Origin: Eledone cirrhosa
Lineage: Eukaryota
Length of the DNA stretch: 64,000 nucleotides
NCBI GenBank assembly: GCA_964016885.1
Contig: OZ024740.1
Coordinates: 115,258,001 to 115,322,000, forward strand
Direction of reading: 5' to 3'
The position numbers were made by a program, and so were the translations under genes. Within the stretch, counting starts at the first letter, position 1. Every line of letters begins with the position of its first letter. Shown here piece by piece: positions 27,437 to 41,800 of this stretch. The notes below the pieces were generated by a model, which worked only from the letters and a program-made list of their open reading frames with translations, did no database searches and was not told where the DNA came from.

Positions 27437-27773
27437 TCGAAATATAATAAGTGGATGTAATAGATAAAATCCATGGGGCTGTGAAAATCAAAGACCCGAG
27501 GACGACCGCCATCCAGCAACTTCTACCTTTTCCGGTCGCCCTCGAGTGACGTGGCTAAAGCTTACAGTGTGCTACTACCGGTCAAATAAAGGAAAACAGA
27601 AAGGGATAGGAACATAAGTCAGCTTTAATAGCACCACCAACTACAAGACCAAAGACGGTTGAACTGCTTTACGTTGAGTACTCTCCATATTATTACATTG
27701 AGATTGACCATACGAAATTGACCAGCTCTATCCAGTGGTGAACCTCAAACCTGAATATATATATATATATATA

Positions 27774-29498
27774 GAATAAGGAAAAGCGAAGTAGTTTCAG
27801 ATGTTCAAGCCTTTTAATAATAATTGTTTCTACTTTTGGCACATGGCCACAAATTACCCAGTGCATTATTGGTACTTTATTTTAAATGACGACACTGGCC
27901 ACACTGTTTTGTGTGCGAGTGTCGCGACATCGTCAGACAGCTTGTTACATAATAAGGTTATGTTTCCGAGGCAATCCAAATTGAATCGACATGGGAACGG
28001 ACGAAGAAGTGTGCTTTTGTGTTCTTCATCCGTTCCCCTGTGAGTACCAATTCACCCCCACCGGTCTGCGCATGTCCGAAGGAAGTTGACCATTAGCTAC
28101 CGCAGATTTCAACGAAATTCGCTTAGTCAGGTCTCCCTCTCAGCAAAACAATGACCCATTCAGGCCTGTACCATAGTTTAATGCTACCCATCCCGTCTGT
28201 GGCAGTCAGCCGAAAGCCAGAGGGGATGGGAGAGTGTTAGTTTTTACAGGTCACAATACTACCTCTCACCAAGCATGGACAGTACAACTGACCATCAACC
28301 CCTAAGAGAAAATATACTTAATTCTAGGTATCATGGTTTTACATTGGAAGTTATGAGTGAGAGTTGGAAATAAAAATTAAAATCGAAAATCCTAAATCAA
28401 ATAGCAGAAATTATAAATTAAAAAATTAAAAAATTAAAAAATTATCAATTAGAAATTTTAAAATGTTTCAAGTGAGAATCCGGATTGAGGTGAGTAAAAA
28501 AACATATAGATTGAAGTGAGTAAATAATATGGAGAGAGATGTTTAAGTAAGAAGTTCTGAGAGGGGTTCCAATGTCACAGTTTCACTATCCACATATTGA
28601 ACGATAGTGCCGTACATTAGAACGGAGTGTAAACTACAGTATTCAAGGCAGTAGTCAATCTGGTACACAGTCATCATTTCCATCACATGGAACAAAACCC
28701 CCCAAAAAACAGATATAAAGTACACAAAAGAAAAGAACCAATAATGAATAAATGCAAAAACACAGAGTACATATATGCAAAATGATCCATATGATTGTCA
28801 ATTTGTCAATGTATAGATTGAATTGAGAGGGCTTCTGTTCAAATGCGATTTGGTGCAGGAAAATAGGGGTATATCTTAGTTTTTGTTTCCGCGTATTTAT
28901 CCTGCCGAAAGTTATTATTATGTCCGTCCAGTGTCAGGGGTTTCCATCCCCATGGTAGAGGGAATTTCCAGGGGTAGCTCATGGTTGGTTCCTCTCTTCT
29001 CCCCCATATCGGTTACATCATAGAGCGCTCAACTAATTGGAGCTAAATTCTTAGGGTAAATATTGATGCAATTCAATCAAGCACTCAACGTACTTTTTCC
29101 ACATAGGAATGACGGAGTAAATATCGAATAAGTAAAAGCGAAGTAGTTTCAGGTGTTCAAGTCTTTTAATAATAATTGTTTCTACTTTAGGCACAAGGCC
29201 AGCAAATACCCAGTGCATTACTGGTACTTTATTTTAAATGACGACACTGGCCACACTGTTTTGTGTGCGAGTGTCGCGACATCGTCAGACAGCTTGTTAC
29301 ATAATAAGGTTATGTTTCCGAGGCAATCCAAATTGAATCGACATGGGAACGGACGAAGTGTGTGCTTTTGGGTTCGTCATCCGTTCCCCTGTGAGTACCA
29401 ACTACTTCGCTTTTCCTTATTCGATATTTACTCCGTCACTCCTATGTTGAAAAGGTACGTTGAGTGCTTCAAATGAATTGTATCAATTTTTACCCTAA
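27774..29498 (-). mobile_element. Non-autonomous PLE/retrozyme-like element with direct repeats and a terminal inversion
   Basis: 27774-28050 is repeated at 29126-29401 (period 1352); 29401-29498 is the reverse complement of ~29051-29149; (TA)n flanks. Confidence 0.75.
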
Positions 29499-29561
<63 letters not shown>

Positions 29562-30567
29562 ATTAGATATATTTATACTCTGCTTTGTATTGAGTACCTT
29601 ACTTACTGTGGTTACGCCCGATTGAACCCGCGATAAACTTATATATATGTGTGTGTGCGTGTGTGTTTATACGTGTGTGTTTTTGTCTATATATATACAT
29701 ACACATATTCATATACAGCTGTATAACTATACACGCAAATACATATATATATATATATGAGGAATATATGTGTTTATATATATTTGTGTAAGTGTATATA
29801 TATACGTATTTCTAGGCTGGTGTTGATGTATGTCACTGCCATTACTTGTATTTGCGTGTATAGTTATACAGCTGTATATGAATATGTGTTTGGGAGGGAA
29901 AGCAATGTGTGGATACATAAGTATGATTGCTTAGATGTGTGAGTATATAATTCTTCGTGCATAAGTGAGCTACTATGGGCGTGTGAGTACATAAGTTTTT
30001 ATGTACAAGCATGCATGTATCTGTATGTGTATATTCTACATCTATGCTGCCTACTACCATGATTTTTGTTCACATGTTTAGGGAAATTAATTTCAAATGC
30101 TAAATTCCGCTTCAAGCAAAAATTTGGCAGTTTTGCATTAAACATGAGCAAAGCGAAATAACGCGAAGCAGCAATGTGAAGCAAAGGAAAACAAAATAAA
30201 TAAAGAAATATATTATACCACAAAAATAATAAATAACGAACGACAGAAAACGGGGAAACGCAAAAATAAAGAAATATAACTAAAAGTAAAAATATGAAGA
30301 AAGAGAAAATGGCATTTTTTTCAAATACCTGATGACTTTATGTTCAATCAAACACAGAGATAGAATATTAATGGTAAAATAGCCATACACAGCACGTACA
30401 TATTTACATATACACTCATATATATATGCACACGCATACACACAGCAAACACACATTAATGTATGCCTAGCTATAAATTTAGCCCTTTTCATTGCAAACT
30501 GGGGTATACCAACCTAAGTACTCAGAGTTTCTCGAGTCTAGCTAATCTTTAGTCGCATCGTTCGTCA

Positions 30568-30626
<59 letters not shown>

Positions 30627-31634
30627 ATTTGTGTGTGTGTGTGTGTGTGTGTGCCAAAAGTAAACAGAAATAACAAAGCAAACAGACATGGAAAAAACAA
30701 GTGCGTATTTAGTCAGGCATTGTCATGCTATATATGTCTGTGTGTGTGTGTAACAGGTTAAATAAAAGCCCGGATGGTTGAAACTTTCAAATATGAATTC
30801 AAAACGAGGCAAGGACAAAGGAAAAAAATGGAAAAACGCACAGTCACATCTCAGTCAACCTCTGGAAATCACTACAATGTCAGTTTATTTAGTTGATACA
30901 GTTCTTTCCAGTGCACATTGGGATGCAACGAAAAAATTATGTGTGCATGCAAGTGTATATATATAACCCTTATGGTCGAGAATCAGCATGCAGGAGTTTT
31001 GAAAGAAAAAGCAAATGTTTCGATGATCCAAAACGGACAAAGCAGGTTTTTCTAACATCAATTTATAACATCAACTTTTGTACATGTTATAAAGTTCCTT
31101 TTTATTCATGTTCCTTAGATGTTATAAAGTTCCCTTTTATTCATGTTCCTTAGACACACACACCTCTATAGTACGTTTTCTAACGTCCACACATTTTTCA
31201 CTATATATATATCAAATAAAGCTACGGAATAAAGGACACGCGTTGTTCCCTGTAAAATAATGAGCTCAAGGAAATTTTTCCGGGCTCTTCAAAATATATA
31301 GGAGATAATACATGAAAAGAACATATTTTTTCATTACAGAGTATTTCTCTTACCACGTGCGGATGACTTTTTTCTTACTTAATATTAGAGCGCAAGACAG
31401 ATTTTTTGAAATATCTGCTGATGAACTTTGGATAATGTAATCATTGTAGCTGATTAGTGAAATAATCCAACCTTGAACTGTACAGGTGTCATAGTTATGA
31501 AGGTGCTTTTTTAATTTTATTAATCTGTTTGATTATAATATGTTTCTCGTACCTTTCGCAGTTTATATGTCTTTCACTCTGCTGATAAAAATACCCTGTA
31601 ATGAGAAAGCATGTGCTTTTCATGTATTCTCTCC

Positions 31635-31745
<111 letters not shown>

Positions 31746-31889
31746 GGTAAATAGAAATAACAACACAATGGTACAGTATAAGGAAGGGATATATTAGGTT
31801 AATATAGAAATGGCTTCTATATTAAACACTTATACTCTGCTATGTATTGAATACCTTACTTACTGCCGTTACCCTCGATTGAACCCGCA

Positions 31890-31939
<50 letters not shown>

Positions 31940-32367
31940 GGAGGGGGGTTAACAAGCTATGTATCCAGCTGGTTGTCAGTGAGTCTCCCAGCCTATTGGG
32001 TTATCTACCTACCTATCTCTCTTTTTATATATTTTTCTCTCTTCCAATGTCTCAACAGCAGGAGGCTAGCTTAGATGTAGCTATCTGTAATCCTAGGTTA
32101 TGCTATCGACATTCAATCCCCCCAACACTTTACCAATCTTCTTTCAATAATGGGAAGCCAAATACTTCATTTTTCTTGTGGTGTGCATAAAATGACATAT
32201 CGACATATTTCTAGCTGAAGTTAAGCAGCTAATTGTAAGCATATGTATTTGCATATGTAAATACACCAATGTGTCTGTGTATGTAATGTATACACACACA
32301 TCCACACACACATACACGCACACATACACGCACACATGCACATTCATATATATATATATATATTGTG

Positions 32368-32610
32368 ATGGAGCACGGCTTAGTAGTTAGAGCGTTGGGT
32401 TTAAAATCGTGAGGTTGTGAGTTCGATTTCTTGATAGTGCCTTGTATCCTTAAGCAATACACTTTATTTCACGTTGCCACAGTTTACTCAGGCGTAGAAT
32501 TTAGTTGGGACATTACTGGTGCCAAGCTGTATCGGCCTTTGGCTTTCCAACGTCAGTGGCATGGAAAGGAGAAGCTGGTATACATGGGCGACTACTGGTC
32601 TACTACAAAA
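32368..32610 (+). mobile_element. tRNA-derived SINE (second family)
   Basis: GGCTTAGTAGTTAGAGCG...GAGTTCGATT A/B boxes then TCCTTAAGCAATACACTTTAT; diverged relatives at ~3785-3890 and ~12845-12945. Confidence 0.65.
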
Positions 32611-32734
32611 TCACCCTGCCCGGAAGTGTACTTCGTGATTATTCCTGATTGATGGAGGTCTTTATATATAAATACGAAAACATACGATTCGAGACGCTAA
32701 ACTGCCAGTTGCAGACTGCGCATCAACATGAGAT

Positions 32735-33030
32735 ATTTTTTCTCTACAAAGTTCGATCGCCAACAGCAGAGTTTAAAGCGCAAAGGTCAAGTCCAGTTCA
32801 TAAGTTGACATTATCAAGACATCGTTTTGGCTACCAACCTCTGCTTCTCTTACTAGCTAACTTTCCTTCTAGGCATAACTTACTCACACCATGAGTTGAT
32901 CTTTTTGTATGACCATATAGCTTTAGTACTGTTGACCTGACAACGGATGTGACTGGTCTAAGCCTGGTGATGTTGAGCAGCTCACTGATACAGATACGGT
33001 CGCTGAGCCGTTTACCAGTCATAAGTCTCA
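32735..33030 (-). pseudogene. RTE-clade LINE 3' fragment
   Basis: DRI..ELL...LKLYGH..R...K..LEGK...KRSRG.*PKR..D resembles the RTE ORF C-terminus. Confidence 0.65.
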
Positions 33031-33142
33031 TACGAATACATAGAGATAAAGAGATAGAGAGACAGATAGATATAAATACTCAACTTCAACATTGTGTGTA
33101 TATTGCTCTTTTCTTTCATCTGTACTCACATTTAAATGCGAG

Positions 33143-33255
<113 letters not shown>

Positions 33256-33322
33256 ATGTGTGTGTGTGTGTGAGAGAGAGAGAAAGAGTGTGTGTGTGTA
33301 TGTGTGTGTGGGTGGGGGGGGG

Positions 33323-33373
<51 letters not shown>

Positions 33374-34475
33374 GATGAAACGGAAGTTAGACGGAAATGA
33401 CACAAAATATAATTCTCGCTACAGAGAGAACTGATAGCACATATTCTTTTATTTCCACGTGTCAAATCCTACTTTTGTTGTTGATTTATTTAATGTTTTA
33501 TTGATTTTGTTGTTGAATTATTTAATGTTTTAATAAGTTAAAACCCTTCCGTGTGAGACATACAACCGTAAACCATCTTGCTTTTCAGATTGCGCAATGA
33601 GAATCTACGTAGCCATTCAACCTGCTAAAAACCTCAGTCAAATATCTCTCAAATAGCATTATACATATGTGTTTGCATGACTGTGTTTGTGTGGTCATCC
33701 AGGATATTCAAATAGAGATTTGTTTAATAATTAACAAATCTTCACTACCTGGGTTAGGAGTAGATGCGTCGGTATGCTCTGTGTTTTTTTTTTTTAGTGT
33801 TTTTTAACTACTTTTACTTTAATAACCCAAAGCATTTTATGCAAATCTCCTGCTACATAGCATAGTCCAACCATAATAATTGGTACAAATGAAATGTATA
33901 TGTATATATGTATGTATTTATGTATGTAAATATGCCTCCAAATATGTTTGTATGTATGTACGTATGTACGTATATATGTACGTTCGTATATATGTATGTA
34001 TGTATGTATGTTTGAATATATGTATGTATGTTTGTATGTATGTACGTATGTATGTACGTTCGTATATATGTATGTATGTATGTATGTTTGTATATATGTA
34101 TGTATGTTTGTCTAATTATTTTGACGAATCAGCGATCGGGTCACGGTCTATAAGATGCCAATAAACAGAAATGACCTGTGGTAGTAGTCATCTATGTAAA
34201 CATGGCTACCAGGCTGTCTGTACACACACACCTCTATATGTATGCTCCCTACCAACCAGCTACATCACACTATATTGAATTATTCAATGACAGACTTAAT
34301 CTTCAACAGCTGTAACCTATGAAGCCTATGTTAGAGCGGTTAATGCTCAGCTAATCTTTTGGAATGTTGTTGCTTGTAAAACAAGATTAACTCCTCTTGT
34401 TACCTCTTCTGTCGTCACAGAATTTCCAATCTTATATTATTAGTTTATGCTGCACACGCATGTAAACACACACAC

Positions 34476-34520
<45 letters not shown>

Positions 34521-34579
34521 TATGTGTGTGTGTGTGTGTGTATGTCTATGTGTGTGTATGTGAACATGAATATATATTT

Positions 34580-34615
<36 letters not shown>

Positions 34616-34732
34616 CTGTGTATATATATATACAGTATATTTATATATATATATATATACTGTGTATATATATATACAGTATATATATATATATATATAT
34701 ATATATACTGTATATATATATATATATATACA

Positions 34733-34766
<34 letters not shown>

Positions 34767-34781
34767 TATATATATATACAG

Positions 34782-34812
<31 letters not shown>

Positions 34813-34822
34813 TATATATATA

Positions 34823-34859
<37 letters not shown>

Positions 34860-34921
34860 TATATATATATAGTATATATATATATATATAGTATATATAT
34901 ATATAGTATATATATATATAG

Positions 34922-34952
<31 letters not shown>

Positions 34953-34962
34953 TATATACATA

Positions 34963-35041
<79 letters not shown>

Positions 35042-36028
35042 TGTATATGCGCAAGTATGGCTGTGCGGTTAATGAGTACGCTTCAGAATTATGTAGTTCT
35101 ATGTTCAATATCTGTATATTGGGTGTCTACACGCCTTGGGTTGACCTATGCCTTGTGAGTGAAATTTGGTTGGGAAATTACTGTAGCCTATCATATACTT
35201 ACATGTATGCGTGTGTGTGTGGGTGTGTGCTTATGTATGCATATGCGTCTACGTTTACGACTGTGTCTGTGTCTATAAGCATGTCTCGTAACATGGTGGT
35301 TAGACAAAAAGCGGTCGATAAATTAAGTATCTGACATGGAAAAGATTAGTATAATTGACGAAATTTTGGCAGCACGCAGCCATATAATATATATTTGTGT
35401 GTGTTGGTGCAGGTACACAAACGAATGAAAAATGTAGTCAATACATACTTGGGATGTTATATATATATATAAACTTAGTCCTGAATTACTAAAGGTTACA
35501 TAGACGTTAACATATGCGACTAACATGTTGGATAACTGCAGAAATGTAATAGAGAGGAAAATATGTCTACCAAACTGGAATCATTGTGGGCCTTAATTGG
35601 ATGATTCAGACTACGTGTTGGATTTGACAGACCAGAATTTATTGATTGTTGTTCCTTGTGGGAAGATAGACAGCACAGATGTTTCGGTGGTTATTGACAG
35701 TTATAATTAATCATGGTTGTTGTTCGCAGTCATAATTGATCATGGGTTTGCATCTGGAAAGTTTCTTTCTGAGACGTAAGACAAGACCAGGCAATATGTT
35801 TTGTAAAAGATTAATAGTCATTTATGCCGTTCATTGCTCTCCTGGTCACCAGTGTTTTCACGATTTCCAGGTGACTGGACTTGAGCAACCAAAAATAAAC
35901 TGCCTAGCTGAAGAACAAAATGCACTGCCCAGTCTATGAATCGAACTTAACTACTAAAAATTAAAAACATCCACAATGTATAAATGTTGTATACGAACTT
36001 GTTATTTAGAATATATTGCGTCTAGTAC

Positions 36029-36087
36029 CTTTATGCTGTCTGCGTTGTTAGTGAGAAGGTCGGCACAGGGCATACAACTATCGGGAG
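36029..36087 (-). other. Candidate host exon (59 nt)
   Basis: Acceptor TGTCTCTTTACCCTTTTGTAG and AAG|GTACTA donor; open frame PDSCMPCADLLTNNADSIK. Confidence 0.3.
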
Positions 36088-37579
36088 CTACAAAAGGGTA
36101 AAGAGACAAACGACACAATATATAATAGATTTTTCTTGATTCTTCGAATCTAGAACGGTGGCCATATAACAACTTTGTACCTCTCCACACAGACTTTTGG
36201 GATCAAAGTACTAACATCTATGTCTCAATCCTTGTCAAGTAACATTTGGTATTATTCTTTCATTCGTTCTCTTATTAAATTCTGTCACTAGACGGCGGTC
36301 ATGCTATGGCAACACAACTTAAAGGGATTTTTTACTATTACCTTTTTTGAGGCTGGTACTTATTTCATCGGTTTCGTTTTGTTGAAACGCTAGGTTACGA
36401 ACACACACACACGCGCGCGCACATACACACACACATAAACACATACACTGAGTGTGCGTTTTCCAAAAGTTCTCCACTAAATTCTACTCACAAGGTGATA
36501 GTAGAAGAGACTCAACGCAGTAATATTAAACGCCGGAGTACGTGGTTGAGCAGCGAACTCCTTAATCTCACAACCATTACGTGAACATTCTATTAAACAT
36601 CTGGAAGTCTAGCAGAAAGATGGCAGCTGATAATTTTACGTGTAGTTGGTGTATATATTGGCTAGTAACTGGCAAAAGAACAAAGCGGTCATTTAATATA
36701 TTGGAGTGAAAAATATCTACAGACGGGAGAATATAAGTTGGGATGCCTATATACTTACCACATCGTAGTTGGACGTCTATTAACTTAACTCAGACGGAGG
36801 CACAAACATATGCATATATGTATGATATACATACATACATATATACATACATATATATATATACATACATACATATATATATATATGTGTGTGTGTGTAT
36901 GTATATATAACGTTACATGTATTTGTGTATATATACGTATATATATATATATATATGTACGTGCGTGTGTGTGCGTGTGTGTGCGTGTGCGTGTGTGTGT
37001 GTGTGTAGGTGCGTGGTGCCACAAGTCGTTTGATAATTGGTTTAAGATTTTTGTTTATAGCTAAATTTCAGATATACGTGAGTGTGTAAGTGTGTATGTG
37101 TGTGCGTGTGTATGTGTGTGTGTGTGTGTGATTGTATCTGGCCGTTTGTGTACCATTATATATTTAGTAGGTCTCTCGGCGTGCATGCATGTGCGAGTAG
37201 GAGAGAAGGAAGAAGGGAATTTAAGTGCTTCAGTGTCTGTATATAATATGCATAAAATATAGATGTGAGAGACAACTACCGTATTTGATTGCGCATGACG
37301 ACAAATCAGTGATTTCGGATTCTTCATGTGATATAGCTTCAAAGTCCTAGTCAATTCAGCGGTCTGCTTGCTGATAAACAAATCATGTGGAACAGACTAA
37401 CAAAAGAAACTAAAATAAAATAGAAAAAAAACAAAACAAAATCAAAAATAAACGGAAAGAAGATGAAAGCAAGTCTAGCATGGGCAAACTTCTGAGTATA
37501 CCTTTGAAATCTAGAATCATTTAGATGTAGTGGGATCGAAAACTTAATACAAATAATAAGAGAGAAATTAAATAAAAAA

Positions 37580-37580
<1 letters not shown>

Positions 37581-37661
<81 letters not shown>

Positions 37662-37741
37662 GGTGGTGGTGGTGGTGGTGGTGGTGGTGGTGGTGGTGGT
37701 GGTGGTGGTGCTGCTGGGGGGGGGGGTAGTAATAGTAGTAA

Positions 37742-37779
<38 letters not shown>

Positions 37780-37780
37780 A
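37581..37780. repeat. (AGT)n/(GGT)n microsatellite
   Basis: Direct reading. Confidence 0.95.
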
Positions 37781-38014
37781 CCTACGCAGGAGACGTGTTT
37801 AGGAATTAATGAAAATAGAGGAGAGAGAGTAAGGAGAAGAGAAGGAAATATGTGTGCGTGTGCCAGGACTAATATATACATATATATATGTGTGTGTGTG
37901 TGTGTTAGTGTTACTGTGTGTGTGTCCTCCCGGAAATACATTCACACATCTCAATAATAAGATATATTTAAGTAACCATCCCCATTGAAAATGGAGATTT
38001 CAAGCACTAACTTA

Positions 38015-38092
<78 letters not shown>

Positions 38093-38129
38093 TATATACG
38101 CATACGTACACATGTTTATATGTATACGG

Positions 38130-38221
<92 letters not shown>

Positions 38222-38257
38222 GTATATATATATGTATGTTTCTATGTATATATATAT

Positions 38258-38453
38258 AGGAACGAGTAGGACCCCGACGGCTCAGCTCAAGCCGTTTCGA
38301 CAGTAAGTAAGGTACTCAATACATTGCAGAGTATAAAAGTTTTAATATAGATGAGATTCTACAGGACTAGAACTGTTTCATTCTTTAGAAATCATCAGGA
38401 TGATGATTTCTAAAGAATGAAACAGTTCTAGTCCTGTAGAATCTCATCTATAT
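38258..38453. mobile_element. Small fold-back element with HHR-like core
   Basis: 38345-38397 and 38401-38453 are inverted; minus strand CTGATGA-TTTCT AA AGAAT-GAAAC at 38398-38375. Confidence 0.75.
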
Positions 38454-38503
38454 ATATATATATATATATATAAGAATATTTCGCTCTACATGGCTGAATA
38501 CAT

Positions 38504-38851
38504 TAAATGTAATCTGAGTTTTTCGAATATTAATAACAACATTAGATTCGTTTGCAATTTTGCAAACAACCCTCAATTTTATAGCCATGTCAGTAGAATG
38601 AACACTTCATTCTTGCTCTTGTGTTGGCATGCGAACAGAACTACAGACACTAATGTTTCTGGGTATACATGAGCTGTACTGATGAAGGATGATACCCAGA
38701 AACATTAGTGTCTGCAGTTCTGTTAGCATGCCAACACAAGAGCAAGAATGAAGTGTTCATTCTACTGACATGGCTATAAAATTGAGGCTTGTTTGCAAAA
38801 TTGCAAACGAATCGAATGTTATTATTAATATTCGAAAAACTCAGATTACAT

Positions 38852-38854
<3 letters not shown>
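38504..38854. mobile_element. Fold-back element (~163-bp arms) with HHR-like core at the centre
   Basis: 38504-38666 is inverted at 38692-38854; CTGATGA 38679-38685 and GAAA 38699-38702. Confidence 0.75.
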
Positions 38855-38883
<29 letters not shown>

Positions 38884-38892
<9 letters not shown>

Positions 38893-41800
38893 TAGAATAT
38901 TCGAAAATATTCTGTATGTTTATAATAAACATTTTGAAGACCTAATCGCTATAGAATAGAATACGTCACGTATTACAATTAGATTCTCGATAAAAGCAAG
39001 GGAAGTAATCTACGCGTTTCATTCTTGTTAGAATTCATCAGGACTACATATCCAGTGCTTTTATCGAGAATGACACAGCTAGAGACTTATAGAATACTTA
39101 GCTGTGTACAGGAACTGGTTTGAAAGAGCGGTTGCCGGTCCGGCAGAAATTAGAAATTGGAATAAATGCTCTGAAATAGCGATATATATGTGAATATAGA
39201 CATAGAATATTCGAAAATATTCTGTATGTTTATAATAAACATTTTGAAGACCTAATCGCTATAGAATAGAATACGTCACGTATTACAATTAGATTCTCGA
39301 TAAAAGCAAGGGAAGTAATCTACGCGTTTCATTCTTGTTAGAATTCATCAGGACTACATATCCAGTGCTTTTATCGAGAATGACACAGCTAGAGACTTAT
39401 AGAATACTTAGCTGTGTACAGGAACTGGTTTGAAAGAGCGGTTGCCGGTCCGGCAGAAATTAGAAATTGGAATAAATGCTCTGAAATAGCGATATATATG
39501 TGAATATAGACATAGAATATTCGAAAATATTCTGTATGTTTATAATAAACATTTTGAAGACCTAATCGCTATAGAATAGAATACGTCACGTATTACAATT
39601 AGATTCTCGATAAAAGCAAGGGAAGTAATCTACGCGTTTCATTCTTGTTAGAATTCATCAGGACTACATATCCAGTGCTTTTATCGAGAATGACACAGCT
39701 AGAGACTTATAGAATACTTAGCTGTGTACAGGAACTGGTTTGAAAGAGCGGTTGCCGGTCCGGCAGAAATTAGAAATTGGAATAAATGCTCTGAAATAGC
39801 GATATATATGTGAATATAGACATAGAATATTCGAAAATATTCTGTATGTTTATAATAAACATTTTGAAGACCTAATCGCTATAGAATAGAATACGTCACG
39901 TATTACAATTAGATTCTCGATAAAAGCAAGGGAAGTAATCTACGCGTTTCATTCTTGTTAGAATTCATCAGGACTACATATCCAGTGCTTTTATCGAGAA
40001 TGACACAGCTAGAGACTTATAGAATACTTAGCTGTGTACAGGAACTGGTTTGAAAGAGCGGTTGCCGGTCCGGCAGAAATTAGAAATTGGAATAAATGCT
40101 CTGAAATAGCGATATATATGTGAATATAGACATAGAATATTCGAAAATATTCTGTATGTTTATAATAAACATTTTGAAGACCTAATCGCTATAGAATAGA
40201 ATACGTCACGTATTACAATTAGATTCTCGATAAAAGCAAGGGAAGTAATCTACGCGTTTCATTCTTGTTAGAATTCATCAGGACTACATATCCAGTGCTT
40301 TTATCGAGAATGACACAGCTAGAGACTTATAGAATACTTAGCTGTGTACAGGAACTGGTTTGAAAGAGCGGTTGCCGGTCCGGCAGAAATTAGAAATTGG
40401 AATAAATGCTCTGAAATAGCGATATATATGTGAATATAGACATAGAATATTCGAAAATATTCTGTATGTTTATAATAAACATTTTGAAGACCTAATCGCT
40501 ATAGAATAGAATACGTCACGTATTACAATTAGATTCTCGATAAAAGCAAGGGAAGTAATCTACGCGTTTCATTCTTGTTAGAATTCATCAGGACTACATA
40601 TCCAGTGCTTTTATCGAGAATGACACAGCTAGAGACTTATAGAATACTTAGCTGTGTACAGGAACTGGTTTGAAAGAGCGGTTGCCGGTCCGGCAGAAAT
40701 TAGAAATTGGAATAAATGCTCTGAAATAGCGATATATATGTGAATATAGACATAGAATATTCGAAAATATTCTGTATGTTTATAATAAACATTTTGAAGA
40801 CCTAATCGCTATAGAATAGAATACGTCACGTATTACAATTAGATTCTCGATAAAAGCAAGGGAAGTAATCTACGCGTTTCATTCTTGTTAGAATTCATCA
40901 GGACTACATATCCAGTGCTTTTATCGAGAATGACACAGCTAGAGACTTATAGAATACTTAGCTGTGTACAGGAACTGGTTTGAAAGAGCGGTTGCCGGTC
41001 CGGCAGAAATTAGAAATTGGAATAAATGCTCTGAAATAGCGATATATATGTGAATATAGACATAGAATATTCGAAAATATTCTGTATGTTTATAATAAAC
41101 ATTTTGAAGACCTAATCGCTATAGAATAGAATACGTCACGTATTACAATTAGATTCTCGATAAAAGCAAGGGAAGTAATCTACGCGTTTCATTCTTGTTA
41201 GAATTCATCAGGACTACATATCCAGTGCTTTTATCGAGAATGACACAGCTAGAGACTTATAGAATACTTAGCTGTGTACAGGAACTGGTTTGAAAGAGCG
41301 GTTGCCGGTCCGGCAGAAATTAGAAATTGGAATAAATGCTCTGAAATAGCGATATATATGTGAATATAGACATAGAATATTCGAAAATATTCTGTATGTT
41401 TATAATAAACATTTTGAAGACCTAATCGCTATAGAATAGAATACGTCACGTATTACAATTAGATTCTCGATAAAAGCAAGGGAAGTAATCTACGCGTTTC
41501 ATTCTTGTTAGAATTCATCAGGACTACATATCCAGTGCTTTTATCGAGAATGACACAGCTAGAGACTTATAGAATACTTAGCTGTGTACAGGAACTGGTT
41601 TGAAAGAGCGGTTGCCGGTCCGGCAGAAATTAGAAATTGGAATAAATGCTCTGAAATAGCGATATATATGTGAATATAGACATAGAATATTCGAAAATAT
41701 TCTGTATGTTTATAATAAACATTTTGAAGACCTAATCGCTATAGAATAGAATACGTCACGTATTACAATTAGATTCTCGATAAAAGCAAGGGAAGTAATC

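Noticed and set aside
31081-31153. Two-copy ~35-bp tandem duplication
   Set aside because: Ordinary local slippage with no further structure.
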